From: Eledone cirrhosa
Taxonomy: Eukaryota
DNA length: 64,000 nt
Assembly: GCA_964016885.1 (NCBI GenBank)
Contig: OZ024745.1
Location: 98,828,001-98,892,000, forward strand
Direction: 5' to 3'
In this document: one piece after another, positions 41,674-53,671 of the stretch
Position numbering within the stretch: position 1 is the stretch's first letter
Layout: each line of letters begins with the position of its first letter
The notes under the pieces: generated by a model
Seen by the model: the letters and a program-made list of their open reading frames with translations, nothing else
The model's database searches: none
What the model was told of the DNA's origin: nothing
Translations under genes and position numbers: made by a program

Positions 41674-43490
41674 CTGTAAGTTACAGAAATTACAGGATTT
41701 GGCTATAAATATATTTTAATCTGACAACCAAAACATACACACATACACAATTATAAGCATATAGACATAAGCAGATAAATTTCTTCACAGATACATAATT
41801 ATCACAATGAAATGTACGAAACCTAACTTCAATTATATATAACAGATTTCAATATGTATAATTCAAGATTTTAAAAAGTAAGTTAATCAGAGAAGGAACA
41901 ATACTCATGACTATTGAGATTGCAGAAGCAACAGTCTATAAATTAAAGCTGCTTAAAGATAATGAAACATTAAAGTTGAACTTTATTTATCTTATGTTTA
42001 CATCGAAATTGTAAAATGAGATTTTTATCTCTTCAGTTTGAGAAAGTATCACTAGTGAAATCCTAAATAGTAAAGACCATCAAATTCCTTTACTTACAAT
42101 GTAAGGAAATCAAAGGAAAATCCGATAAAAATTGATTTTTTAAAACTTTCTAATGAGTTTATTAATGAAAGACTATGGAGTGATTTACTAGAATTATTAA
42201 TTATTTCATTATTAAAATGGTATCTGTAACACAACAAAAGGTTCTTATATCAAAATATGTTGGAAAGTTTTAATTTAAAGAGAAATATATATATATATTT
42301 TCTCTCAGTTGAAGGCATAAATATTAATACTGACATTTGACAGTTAACAAAACCTTTTATTAGACAGCTGCTAATTGAAGGTGCTATCTCTAGAAGTGTA
42401 TTGTTACTATTTTATTGTCATCCCACCTGCCATACACCTTATGAATACTTAGGAAATTATGTCTCTATAATTTGGCTGTTCTCTTTGTATGTTGTATATT
42501 TCTCTTTGTTTGACACCCATAAGTGTTGCTATTTACTTCTAAGATTCCTAGCAGCCTATGTATTCTATCACCTACTTTCTATTGATACATCTCATTAATT
42601 TGTAGTTAACATAATCATAGATATAAAATGTATGCCATTTTAATTTAACTACTTTATATAATTCCTGAGATAAGTCAACCAGGTCACTATAACACACTAT
42701 GAGATTCTCTTTCAAACTAACACATGTTAAAAACCAGTTTCTCTACTGATAGATCTAATCACAAACATCAAAGGGAAAACCTTCTGTTTTTACTTATTGT
42801 AATCAATATTTCAGACAATAATTACTGCAACTAATTATAATATGACTGGGTGATTAAGTAAGAGGTCACATGCAAGAGATACTGACTTGTCATCTGGGAT
42901 AAGGCAGTCAGCCTGACTTTATCTAATTATAGGTTAGTTGTTGCTCTCATTCAACAGATGAACAATGTGTTGTTTGGAAAAACTGCTCTGGCAATTTATA
43001 CTAGAAGTTTTCAAATCTATATGCGCGTTGAAAATCTGATGAATTTTTATGAATTTAGCTGTGAAAGGTTCTCTCTCAATCCCTTCCTCTCTCTCCAAAT
43101 ATAAAATAAACCTGTTGTGAGCTACGAAACTTAGAATTTGTCAATCCCTTATTCTTGGCTACATTGCTCGCTCGCTCTTCTGTGAGATGCAATGTACAAA
43201 TCCTATTTTTTTTCTCGTCTCCCCATGTTCCCCGGTCCATTCATCTATCTCTATCATATCGTCCAGAATCCAATCTTTTCTTTTTCAATGCTATTCGATA
43301 ATTCTGTCTGATTGTTCAAAATAATCTTCTTGTATTTTAAAATCCCATAATTCTGTCAGATCCCCGAAAACGATCTTCTACTTGTATTTAAACTCTTACT
43401 CTTATTACTGTTATATGTTCGTTTAATTATGGCCGAAATTCTAGGGTTTTATTTTATAAAATAACCTTCTCGCTAACTGCTAGATTCATT

Positions 43491-46400
43491 GTGGGTAAAA
43501 AACGATGCTATAAGCTTTTCTGGGTGGGAAATGACAATGGGCTGGGTGGAGTAGGAATCATGCGAGCAGAAAAATGGGTAGATAAGATAATAGACGTAAA
43601 TAGAGTGAATGACAGAATAATTAAAATAAGACTTGTCCTAAATAGAACTACTGTGACAATAATATCTGCGTATGCACCCCAATCCGGACTGCCTGGCATT
43701 ATAAAAGACAGATTCTATCAGTCGTTAATGCTCACTACCTCACAAATAACCAACAGTGACTACATAATTATTGGTGGCGACCTAAATGGTCACGTTGGAC
43801 AACATTGTGACGGCTATGACAGAATTCATGGAGGCTATGGGTTTGGTACTAGAAATGAGGAAGGCTCCAGAATCCTGGAATTCTGTGACGCAATAACCTA
43901 ACTATCTGTAACACAAACTTCAAAAAACGAGACAATCACTTGATCACCTATAGATCAGGGGAACACGCCAGTCAGATAGATTATATCCTTACCAAAAGAC
44001 GTGACAGAGTGTCTGTTGTAAACACTAAATCCCCCCCCCCCCCCATGAAGAATGCACCTCCCAACATAGCCTCATAGTCAGGACGAGATGTACTTGACAA
44101 CAGAGGAGGACTATCCTCAGGAGAAAAATATGGAAGTTAAAGGACCCCACAGCCAGTAATAAATTTAAAAGCATATTACTTGATGCTTTTGACAGTAAGG
44201 AAGAGCAATTAGAGTCATACAATATAGAGGAACAGTGGGAATTCCTGAAAGCTAACCTGTTGAAGGCGACAGATGAAATCTGTGGCTGGAGCAGACCTAT
44301 AGGCAGGAGGAGAGTAACTTGGTGGTGGAACAGTAAGGTGGAGGAGTCAAGCAAGGCCAAAAAGCAGGCTTGGAAAGTATGGCAGGATGGGGGAAGTAGA
44401 GAAGACTATTAAGTGACCAGGAGGGAAGCTAGCAGACAAGTGTACTTCGCAAGAAGGGAAGCAGAGGAAAGAAAGTTCAAGCATGTTCTACAACGCGAGG
44501 ACCAAAAATGTTAGGTGTTCAGGATTGCTAGGCAATGTGTCAAGGAAAACCGTGATATTGTCGGGGAGAAGTGTGTCCGAAATGATGATGGTGTACTTGC
44601 CATCACTGACGCTGATAAGAAGGTAGCTTGGAAGTGTCACTATGAAAGGCTACTAAATGAGGAGAATAAATGGGAGAAAGACAGTCTCCTCCACATCGAT
44701 CCAATAGAGGGACCAGCAGTGCAAGTTGAAGGTAGTATAATAAGTAAGGCAATCAAAGATATGAAGACGGGCAAGGCGGCTGGGCTTTCGGAAATAGTTG
44801 CTGAAATGTTGAAAGCATCTGGAACGGTGGCACACAGTATGGTCACCCAGATAGTAAACCATACAGAATGGGGTCTTACCAAAGGACTGGCGTAGCATCA
44901 TCATCATTAAGTGCTATAAGGGTAAAGGAGATGCCCTAGATAGGGGAAACTATAGAGGCATTAAATTAATTGACCAGGTCATGAAGGTCACAGAAAAAGT
45001 AATAGCGCAACTAATCAGAGAGCGATTTGATCTAGATGAAATGCAGTTCGGGTTTGTGTCAGGTAAAAGTACCACAGACGCTCTTTTCATTGTACGACAA
45101 CTACAGGAGAAGTACCTAGCTAAAAGTAAACCCCTATACTTAGCTTTTGTTGACTTGGAAAAAGCCTTTGACAGAGTCCCACGCCCCATTATCTGGTGGG
45201 CTCTCAGAAAACTAGGTGTTGATGAATGGCTTGTGAGAGCTATACAAGCCATGTATAAAGAAACAGTTAGCAAGGTTAGAATTAACAACGAATATAGTGA
45301 AGAGTTTAGTGTAAAAGCTGGTGTTCATCAGGGCTCTGCCCTTAGCCCCTTCCTATTTATTATTGCCCTTCAGGCTATAACAGAGGAGTTCAAGACCGGC
45401 TGCCCATGGGAATTTCTATACGCAGATGATCTAACGCTCATAGCTGAATCAATGGCTGAACTAGAGAAGAAATGGCAGCATGGCCTAGAATCAAAAGGCC
45501 TTAAAATTAACTTGTCTAAGACTAAAGTTCTAGTATGTAGGAAGAAAAACAGGGCACTGGTCTCCTCTGGGAAATGGCCATGCTCAGTGTGTAGGAAAGA
45601 AGTAGGCAGAAACTCCATTTTATGTCCCAAATGCAAAGTATGGGTGCATAAAAGATGTAGTAGGATCACAGGTAAGCTAACTAAGAACATAGATTTTATA
45701 TGTGGCCAGTGTTTAGGTGCAATAAGTAGTAGCAAGTGCCCACAAAATACTAGCTCATTCCATTGCCCAGATGGTTCTATAGAGATAGTGGACACCTTCC
45801 GTTACCTGGGTGACAAAATCAGCAGTGGTGGAGAGTGCTCTGAAAGTACAGTAGCTAGAGTCAGGACAGGATGGAAAAGTTCAGAGAGCTTATACCACTA
45901 TTGGCCACTAAAGGTTTCTCTCTAAAAATGAAGGCAGGCTGTATGATCCTGCATACGAACAGCAATGTTACATGGCAGTGAGACATGGGCATTGTGTGCA
46001 GAGGATCTACGCAGACTGGAGAGGAACGAAGCTTGCATGCTCCGCTGGATGTGTAATAGTAATATACGTGAACGGCAAAGCATAAATGAACTAAGTGAGA
46101 AATTAGGAATAAGAGGGATCAGATGCTGTTTACTCGAGAGAAGAATACGTTGGTATGGACACATGATGCGCATGAAAGACGACAGCTGTATAAAAAAGTG
46201 CAGAGCGATCAAAATAGATGGTAGCTACGGAGTAGGCAGACCCAGAAAAACCTGGGACGACTTGATAAATTCCGACCTTACATACTTACACCTCTCTAAG
46301 ACAATGTAACTGGACCGAGATCTTTGGCGCTACGCAGTAATACAGAAGACCTGCGTTGCCTAAGTACAAAGCGAAACCTACAGTCAGTAGGCACCTCTTA

Positions 46401-46747
46401 ACCAAAATACACCCCCGTCCCATTAACCTACCCCCAACCCCATCTACACCACCCCTCTCGATGTAAAGTTATGTTGGTACCACAACATCTAGTCCTAAAT
46501 AAATGAGGTTGTGTAGGTGTCACGACAAAAGAAAAACACACAGTCCACGCTGTAAAGTGGCCGTAGGTAACACGGTAAAAACCTCCCAGTCCACACTGTA
46601 AACGTGGTTGGTGTTAGGAAGGGCATCCAGCCAGACAGTCCTACACGAGCAAGACAACCAATCTTGCCTCAAGTGGGACAATTCCCGTCTTAACCCATGC
46701 TAGCGTGGAAGATAGACGTTAAACGATGATGATGATGATGATGATGA
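43491..46747 (+). mobile_element. RTE-clade LINE, 5'-truncated within the APE domain, disrupted by stops and frameshifts
   Basis: APE motifs (ISAYAPQ, GGDLNGHVG), RT motifs (FVDLEKAFDRV, HQGS, YADD), GRPRKTW C-terminus, 3'UTR and (GAT)n tail. Confidence 0.95.
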
Positions 46748-46910
46748 CCTAACAACCCTGTGGAATTTAGCTGTGAAATATATTTGAGATTTCACAATTG
46801 TGTGTAGAATTTAGCTGTGTAATATATATGAGATTTCACAACTGTGTGTAGAATTTAGCTGTGTAATATATATGAGATTTCACAACTGTGTGTAGAATTT
46901 AGCTGTGTAA

Positions 46911-48636
46911 TCATCATCATCATCATTTTACGTCCGCTTTTCTCTGCTTGCAAGGGTGGGACAGGTCTTATTTAGCACAGCATCTCTCCACTTGTCACGG
47001 TCCTTCGTCATTTCCACCGTGAGCTTCAGTTATCTGAGGTCTGTTCTCACCACCTCCGCCCATATTTTTCGTGGTCTACCTCTACCACGTCTTCCTTCAA
47101 CTGGCATTTCCTGGCACTTGTTCACCCATCGGTCATCCTCCATGCGCATCACATGTCCATACCACCTCAGTCTCCTCTCTCGCACACTACATTCTATCCC
47201 TCGCAGACACACTTTCTCTCTTAACACATTCATGCTGGGTCGTTCACGCACATTGGCATTGCACATCCAACGGAGCATGCTTGCCTCATTTCTCTCCAGC
47301 CGTCCCATATCCTTTGCAGTTGCTGCCCATGTCTCACTACCGTGCAGCATCGCACTCCTCACACAGGCATCATATAACCGGCCTTTCGTATGCAGAGAGA
47401 AACCCTTCTTCGTCAGCAGCTCCCTAAACTTCTTCCAACCCGTCCTTATTCTAGATACTATGGCCTTGGAACACCCCCCTCCCATGCTAATCTGATCTCC
47501 TGGGTACCGGAAGCTATCCACCACTTCTTTAGCACCTGCCTGCATTTGAAAAATGTGTCTATCAATGCGACTTCTGTCTAATTTCCCTGTACATCTACTG
47601 CATACGTATTTCTCCCTACCTGTTAGTTTGCCTGCTATCCAACTACATGTCTTTTTTACCCAGGATCTGCATTGTGTGCATTTTATAGAATTTATGCCAG
47701 TTCCTTTTCTGCATATCGAACATGGCCATTTCGCTGACGGAACCAGAGTTTTGTCCTCTTTTCTACTCATCAACACTTTTGTCTTAGCTAGATTTACTCT
47801 CAGTCCTCTTGCTTCCAACTGCTGTTTCCATAGCCAGAATTTATTCTCTAGCTCCTCTACTGATTCTGCTATAAGAACCAGATCGTCAGCATAGAGAAGT
47901 TCCCATGGACAGCCAGTCTTAAACTCCTCTGTTATGGCTTGGAGGACTATAATGAACAAGAGCGGGCTGAGGATCGAACCTTGATGTACTCCTACTTGTA
48001 TCTGGAATTCCTCACTAAACCCCATTCCTACCCTGACTTTACTGACAGTACCTCTGTACAAAGTTTGCACTGTCCTCACAAGCCATTCCTCAACAGCTAG
48101 TTTCCTTAGGGACTACCAGATGACAGATCAGGGTACCCTATCAAAGGCCTTCTCTAGGTCAACAAAGGCTACATATAGTGGCTTATTTTTCTCTAAGAAC
48201 CTCTCTTGTAATTGTCTTACCAAGAAGAGGGCATCTGTTGTACTTTTCCCAGGCACAAAACCAAACTGCATCTCATCTAGTTTGACCCTTTCTCTAATTA
48301 ATTGTGTTAATATCCTTTCTGTCACTTTCATAACCTATCCATCAGTTTTATACCCTTATAATTGCTCCTCTCCAGAGCATCCCCTTTACCTTTGTAGCAA
48401 TTTATGAGAATAGTGCTGCACCAGTCTTTGGGTATGACACCACCACAAATAGCCTGATTGATGATGCCTGCAACCAGTTTAGTGCCTACGTCCCCTGATG
48501 CCTTCAGCATCTCAGCAACTATCCCCGATGGTCCAGCAACCTTACCATTTTTCATTTCCTTAATCGCCTCTTGGACCCTATATTTGTCAATCTCAATAGT
48601 AATATCCTCTTGGACTCTATATTCGTCAATCTCAAT
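46911..48636 (-). mobile_element. RTE-clade LINE of a different subfamily, 5'-truncated, tail-to-tail with the 43491-46747 copy
   Basis: ORFs 47030..48079, 48128..48331, 48328..48654(-) carry RT motifs (YADD); (CAT)n tail at 46911. Confidence 0.93.
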
Positions 48637-48970
48637 ATATATATGAGATCTCACAACTGTGTCTAGAATTTAGCTGTGGACCTGACAACACTGTATAACT
48701 AGGCAATATAACTGATGACATGTGATACAATATTTAATTATTTAATTGTTTATTTATTAATTTCTTTCATTTTGTGTTAACAAAGCATAATGTGTCATGA
48801 AAAAAAGGAACAAAACATTATTTTTAAAAAGCATATTGTGAAATGATTGATATATACGTTGATTTACGAAACATCAGGAAAGTTTAACATTTGAAAAATG
48901 AGTGTCCCAACACAGAAATGTCTAAAATATAGTCTATCACAATAAATAATAATTGAGAAATGTCTTGAGA

Positions 48971-49890
48971 AATATATGTAGGTCTGAAATAACCAACCTA
49001 AAACAGATTGGGATACCCATATATATGTAGGTCTGAAATAACCAACCTAAAACAGATTGGGATACCCATATATGTATAGGTCTGAAATAACCAACCTAAA
49101 ACAGATTGGGATACCCATAAATGTGTAGGTCTGAAATAACCAACCTAAAACAGATTGGGATACCCATAAATGTGTAGGTCTGAAATAACCAACCTAAAAC
49201 AGATTGGGATACCCATATATATGTAGGTCTGAAATAACCAACCTAAAACAGATTGGGATACCCATAAATGTGTAGGTCTGAAATAACCAACCTAAAACAG
49301 ATTGGGATACCCATAAATGTGTAGGTCTGAAATAACCAACCTAAAACAGATTGGGATACCCATAAATGTGTAGGTCTGAAATAACCAACCTAAAACAGAT
49401 TGGGATACCCATAAATGTGTAGGTCTGAAATAACCAACCTAAAACAGATTGGGATACCCATAAATGTGTAGGTCTGAAATAACCAACCTAAAACAGATTG
49501 GGATACCCATAAATGTGTAGGTCTGAAATAACCAACCCAAAACAGATTGGGATACCCATAAATGTGTAGGTCTGAAATAACCAACCTAAAACAGATTGGG
49601 ATACCCATAAATGTGTAGGTCTGAAATAACCAACCTAAAACAGATTGGGATACCCATAAATGTGTAGGTCTGAAATAACCAACCTAAAACAGATTGGGAT
49701 ACCCATAAATGTGTAGGTCTGAAATAACCAACCTAAAACAGATTGGGATACCCATAAATGTGTAGGTCTGAAATAACCAACCTAAAACAGATTGGGATAC
49801 CCATATATATGTAGGTCTGAAATAACCAACCCAAAACAGATTGGGATACCCATATATATGTAGGTCTGAAATAACCAACCCAAAACAGAT
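48971..49890. repeat. 49-bp minisatellite, about 19 copies
   Basis: Unit gtaggtctgaaataaccaacctaaaacagattgggatacccataaatgt. Confidence 0.97.
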
Positions 49891-49926
49891 AAATAAAATA
49901 AAGTTAGAAAAAAGATGAATACAAAC

Positions 49927-50000
49927 ACAGAGTTGTTCTCCTGCAACTGGGGTCAGTTCAGCTCCTTCAGGTTTGGGTGCATTTGGATCTATGGGAGGTG
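49927..50000 (-). CDS. DIP2: DIP2 exon (T)PPIDPNAPKPEGAELTPVAGEQLC
   Basis: Inside ORF 49684..50013(-); DPN-PKPEG motif; weak gtttgt donor chosen to keep frame. Confidence 0.88.
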
Positions 50001-50539
50001 CTGAAAGACACATACACAGTACAATATATTAGTAAAATATTACATGTATTTCTATCACATGTTTCAGTTTTGTCTGGTAACTGTTAAAACATTCATGCAT
50101 GTATAGACACACACATTTACAAGAAATGAAAATGCTGTGAGCATATTGGCTTGCTTCAACATATTCCGTTGACCCTTGTGATGCGTGGCTGATTGTTGCA
50201 CTTGGCGATGAATTGATTGTTGTTTTCGTTGTAAAACAAATTCTAATACTTTTTTACTGATAACTTTAAATAACAATAACGGTTTCTGATTTAGGCACAA
50301 GGCCATCAACTTGAGGGGGAAGGGAAAGGCGATTAAATCGACTCCAGTTCATTACTGGTACTTTATTTTATCGACCCCGTAAGTATGAAAGTCAAAGCTA
50401 ACCTCAATGGGATTTGAACTCAGAATGTAAAGAGCCATAACTCTGTGCCATGAAGCAGGGTGTCTGACACTCTACTGATACTGCCAACCCACTGCCCTAT
50501 AAACCAATACCCCCAAAAAACTGAATGGAGAGGGAGTGG

Positions 50540-51195
50540 ACAAACAAAATTCACAAAACTGGTTAAGAAGCACTAGATTAAAAGCTGAGAACAAAGGATT
50601 TCTAACTGCAGCACAAGATCAAAGCCTCCCCACTAGAAACTACCAAAAATACACAATGAAGCAGAACATATTGTGATGGGGAAGAAACAATTAATCACAT
50701 TATTTCTGGCTGTCCAGCATTATCCATAAATATAATAGAATTGGGATTTACATACACTGGAAGTTGTGCCAACACTACGAAATACTAACAGAAAAAAAAA
50801 CTGGTACCAATACACACCAGAAAAAGTGTCAGAAAATGACAAAGTAACTCTGGGATATGCCAATATACACAGACAGGGAAATCAAAGTCAACCGACCAAA
50901 TATTATCATAAAAAAATCACAAAAAAAAGTTTTCTGATTGATGTATCTATCTCCACAGACAATATATTTATCAAGGAAATGGAAAAATTATCCAAATATA
51001 AAGATCTGGAGATAGAAATAACCTGATTGTGGATGATGAAAACAGAAACAATTCCTGTAATAATAGGTGCTCTGGGAATGATAAAAAGACACACAGATAA
51101 ATACATAACTAAAACCTCAGAACTTACAAATATATAGAGCATACAAAAAATAGCCACACTAAGTACTGCACACATATTACAAAGAGTATTCTAAA
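50540..51195 (+). mobile_element. R4/Dong-type non-LTR retrotransposon fragment (zinc knuckle and restriction-like endonuclease)
   Basis: AAQDQSLPTRNY, ETINHIISGC, FLIDVSI..KEMEKLSKYKDLEIEI and IPVIIGALG across frameshifts. Confidence 0.8.
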
Positions 51196-51645
51196 TACAA
51201 TGGAAATAATAACACCAAAAACAACACTACACATGCCCATGGCACAAAAGCTGTGCTCTGCAATGCAGTAACAACACACAGGAAAAAAAAACAAAAAACA
51301 AACAAACAAATAAACCCAGTCGAGAAATTTTAAAATAATTTTTTCCAACATTCTAGAATTTATTTACACTGACCTGTGTATTAACACAAGCTGAGAGAAT
51401 TTTTTTTTTTTGCAGATGTGAGTCTTCAGATATTCTCACAAGTTAGATTGTTTATTTTTATCTTTATTTCGTTTAACCTAAGCTTTAAATAGACATGGCA
51501 TGAGAAAACTGAAATGATAATTAACTCATCAGAAGCTACCTCTATACTTCTACAATAAACTACTTGTCAGCTGGTTGTGAGGAAAGGAAAAATGAAATGA
51601 ATTTTTTTGTGACAGCTAATACATAACACATTTAGAAATAAACTG

Positions 51646-51676
51646 CTCGGCCTTTTGGCTAAGATCAAAGTGAAGT
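51646..51676 (+). pseudogene. RNU2: Truncated U2 snRNA 5' fragment
   Basis: CTCGGCCTTTTGGCTAAGATCAAAGTGAAGT matches the U2 5' end (stem I up to the branch-site region). Confidence 0.8.
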
Positions 51677-53613
51677 TAAACCTATTAGAATATCACTTTT
51701 AGCATTAAAAAATTGAGGATATTATGTATTACTTATATAACTATATTTATATAGTATTCTTTAAATGGTGGATTGGCAGAATCATTAGAGTGATGGACAA
51801 AATGCTTTGTGCTATTTTAGTTATAACCGTCTTCATTCTGAGTTCAAATTCTACTGCAGCCCACTTTGCTTTTCATCCTTCCAAGGTTGATAAAATAAAA
51901 CCACAGTTAACTACTGAGGTCAGCGCAACTGATTTCCTACAAAATTGCTGGCCTTGTGTCTAAATTAAAAAAACCTAAAGATTAAGTGAGATAATGTTGA
52001 TAGATACCACGTAGTGGGGATCACTCTACAACTTCCATTGGAAATAATCCAGTTAAAAATGTTAAAGGATATAGTTTATGGACATCGTAACAAACTAAAT
52101 ACTTTCCTGTAATCAGGTTTTACCTTGTTGTTTGGAAGTAAAACATAGAAATAGCTTTATATGATACATACACTATTAATTCAGAGAATAAACAATAATA
52201 AAATGATTAAAAATAATAATAAAACACTATAGGTGAACAGAAAATTCAAAATTCAGCATGGGTGAAAAAAATATTGGATTAATATTGCAAACTATTCAGT
52301 GTGACTGGAATCAGTTTTAAGAATGTGAATGCTATATACTATGAAGAGATGAATGAAAAACTAAGAATATTCACTACTGTAGGATCTAATATATTGATTA
52401 AGAGGGCTTTACAAGATGCAAACCAGCCTCAGTGTTAGTTAATGCTATATCCATAGAAAAGGGACATTATCCTTAACTCCTCATATACCGTACCACATGA
52501 AACCACATTCTTTAAAAGTACAAAACAGCACTATGACTGCATCACATTAAAAGTTGAAGTTTTTAGTTTACTGCAAATTTTAACAAATTTCTGTCCACTA
52601 GTAAAGATACTATAAACATTTGAATTAACAAACCCTTTTTAGATATTTTTCTGTATATCATTACAGGATGTACAGAAATAATCAATGGGAATTTGCTCAA
52701 ATGTTATTGATTAGTTCAATAACATGAATCGTGAAGAATTGGAAAATTGTGTTTGATAAGAACACATTATGAAGAGGAAATCTAAAGTGAGCAAGACTTC
52801 AGGGGGCACAAATGTCAGGTGAGAAATAAAGATGAAAGAGAAAAAGATAGCTCAACGTATTTAAACAGAGATATCATACCTGTTAGATTGTAGTTATATA
52901 AGTAAAGTAAAGAAAGATCATTACAACCATAAAAATACACTTTTATATGAGAAAGGAAAGGTTTCAAGTAATAGTTCTGTTTAGTCGAATGGCTAGTGAA
53001 AGTGAAAATTTAACTTAATTTATTAGACAAGTAATATTAGATGAAATTTAAATGAAAAGTAATATTAGTTGAAATTTAAATCTACAGAAATGTCACCACT
53101 ATGTTTAGTTGGCCTCCTACGAAATTGCAACTCATAAGAAGTTTCTTGGGTGTGTTAATGATAGATCTTCCTATCAATGTTAGTTGTAAATGACAAATCA
53201 AACATATTTCCAAAACTTATCAAACTCTTGATTTTAAGGATTTTTGTTGCCAAAAATGCATCTATCTTAATTTATATATATTTCTTTTAAATTTCTGAAA
53301 TGTTATCAAATGAGCCATCAAATATAACATACATGTATCATAAATACACACATCAAATGACATTTTTGTAAAGAAGAGGTTGCTTAAAAACACATTATGG
53401 AGCGAGAATATTTTTTCAATTATTTAATAAAAATTAAATTAGTTCTAAAAATGTTTTTAACATGACTTAATGTTGGAGAAAAGAATATTTTGAGAATTTG
53501 TGTAGGAAATTGGAGTTAGCACAATATCAATGCCAGAAAAGCCATAATAATGACCCTAAATTGCTGATTAATGCTAATTTAACTGCTGAATAGGGGAAAT
53601 AAAATCAACTCAC

Positions 53614-53671
53614 TTTCTAATGCTTCATCTTCATCAATGAAGAATTCCCTCAAAGGTTTCCTTTTGGGACG
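53614..53671 (-). CDS. DIP2: DIP2 exon RPKRKPLREFFIDEDEALE(T)
   Basis: Canonical splice sites; RPKR-PLREFF motif. Confidence 0.92.

Noticed and set aside
43491-46747. Active autonomous LINE
   Set aside because: Several stops and frameshifts, a poly-C expansion at ~44030 and a truncated 5' end
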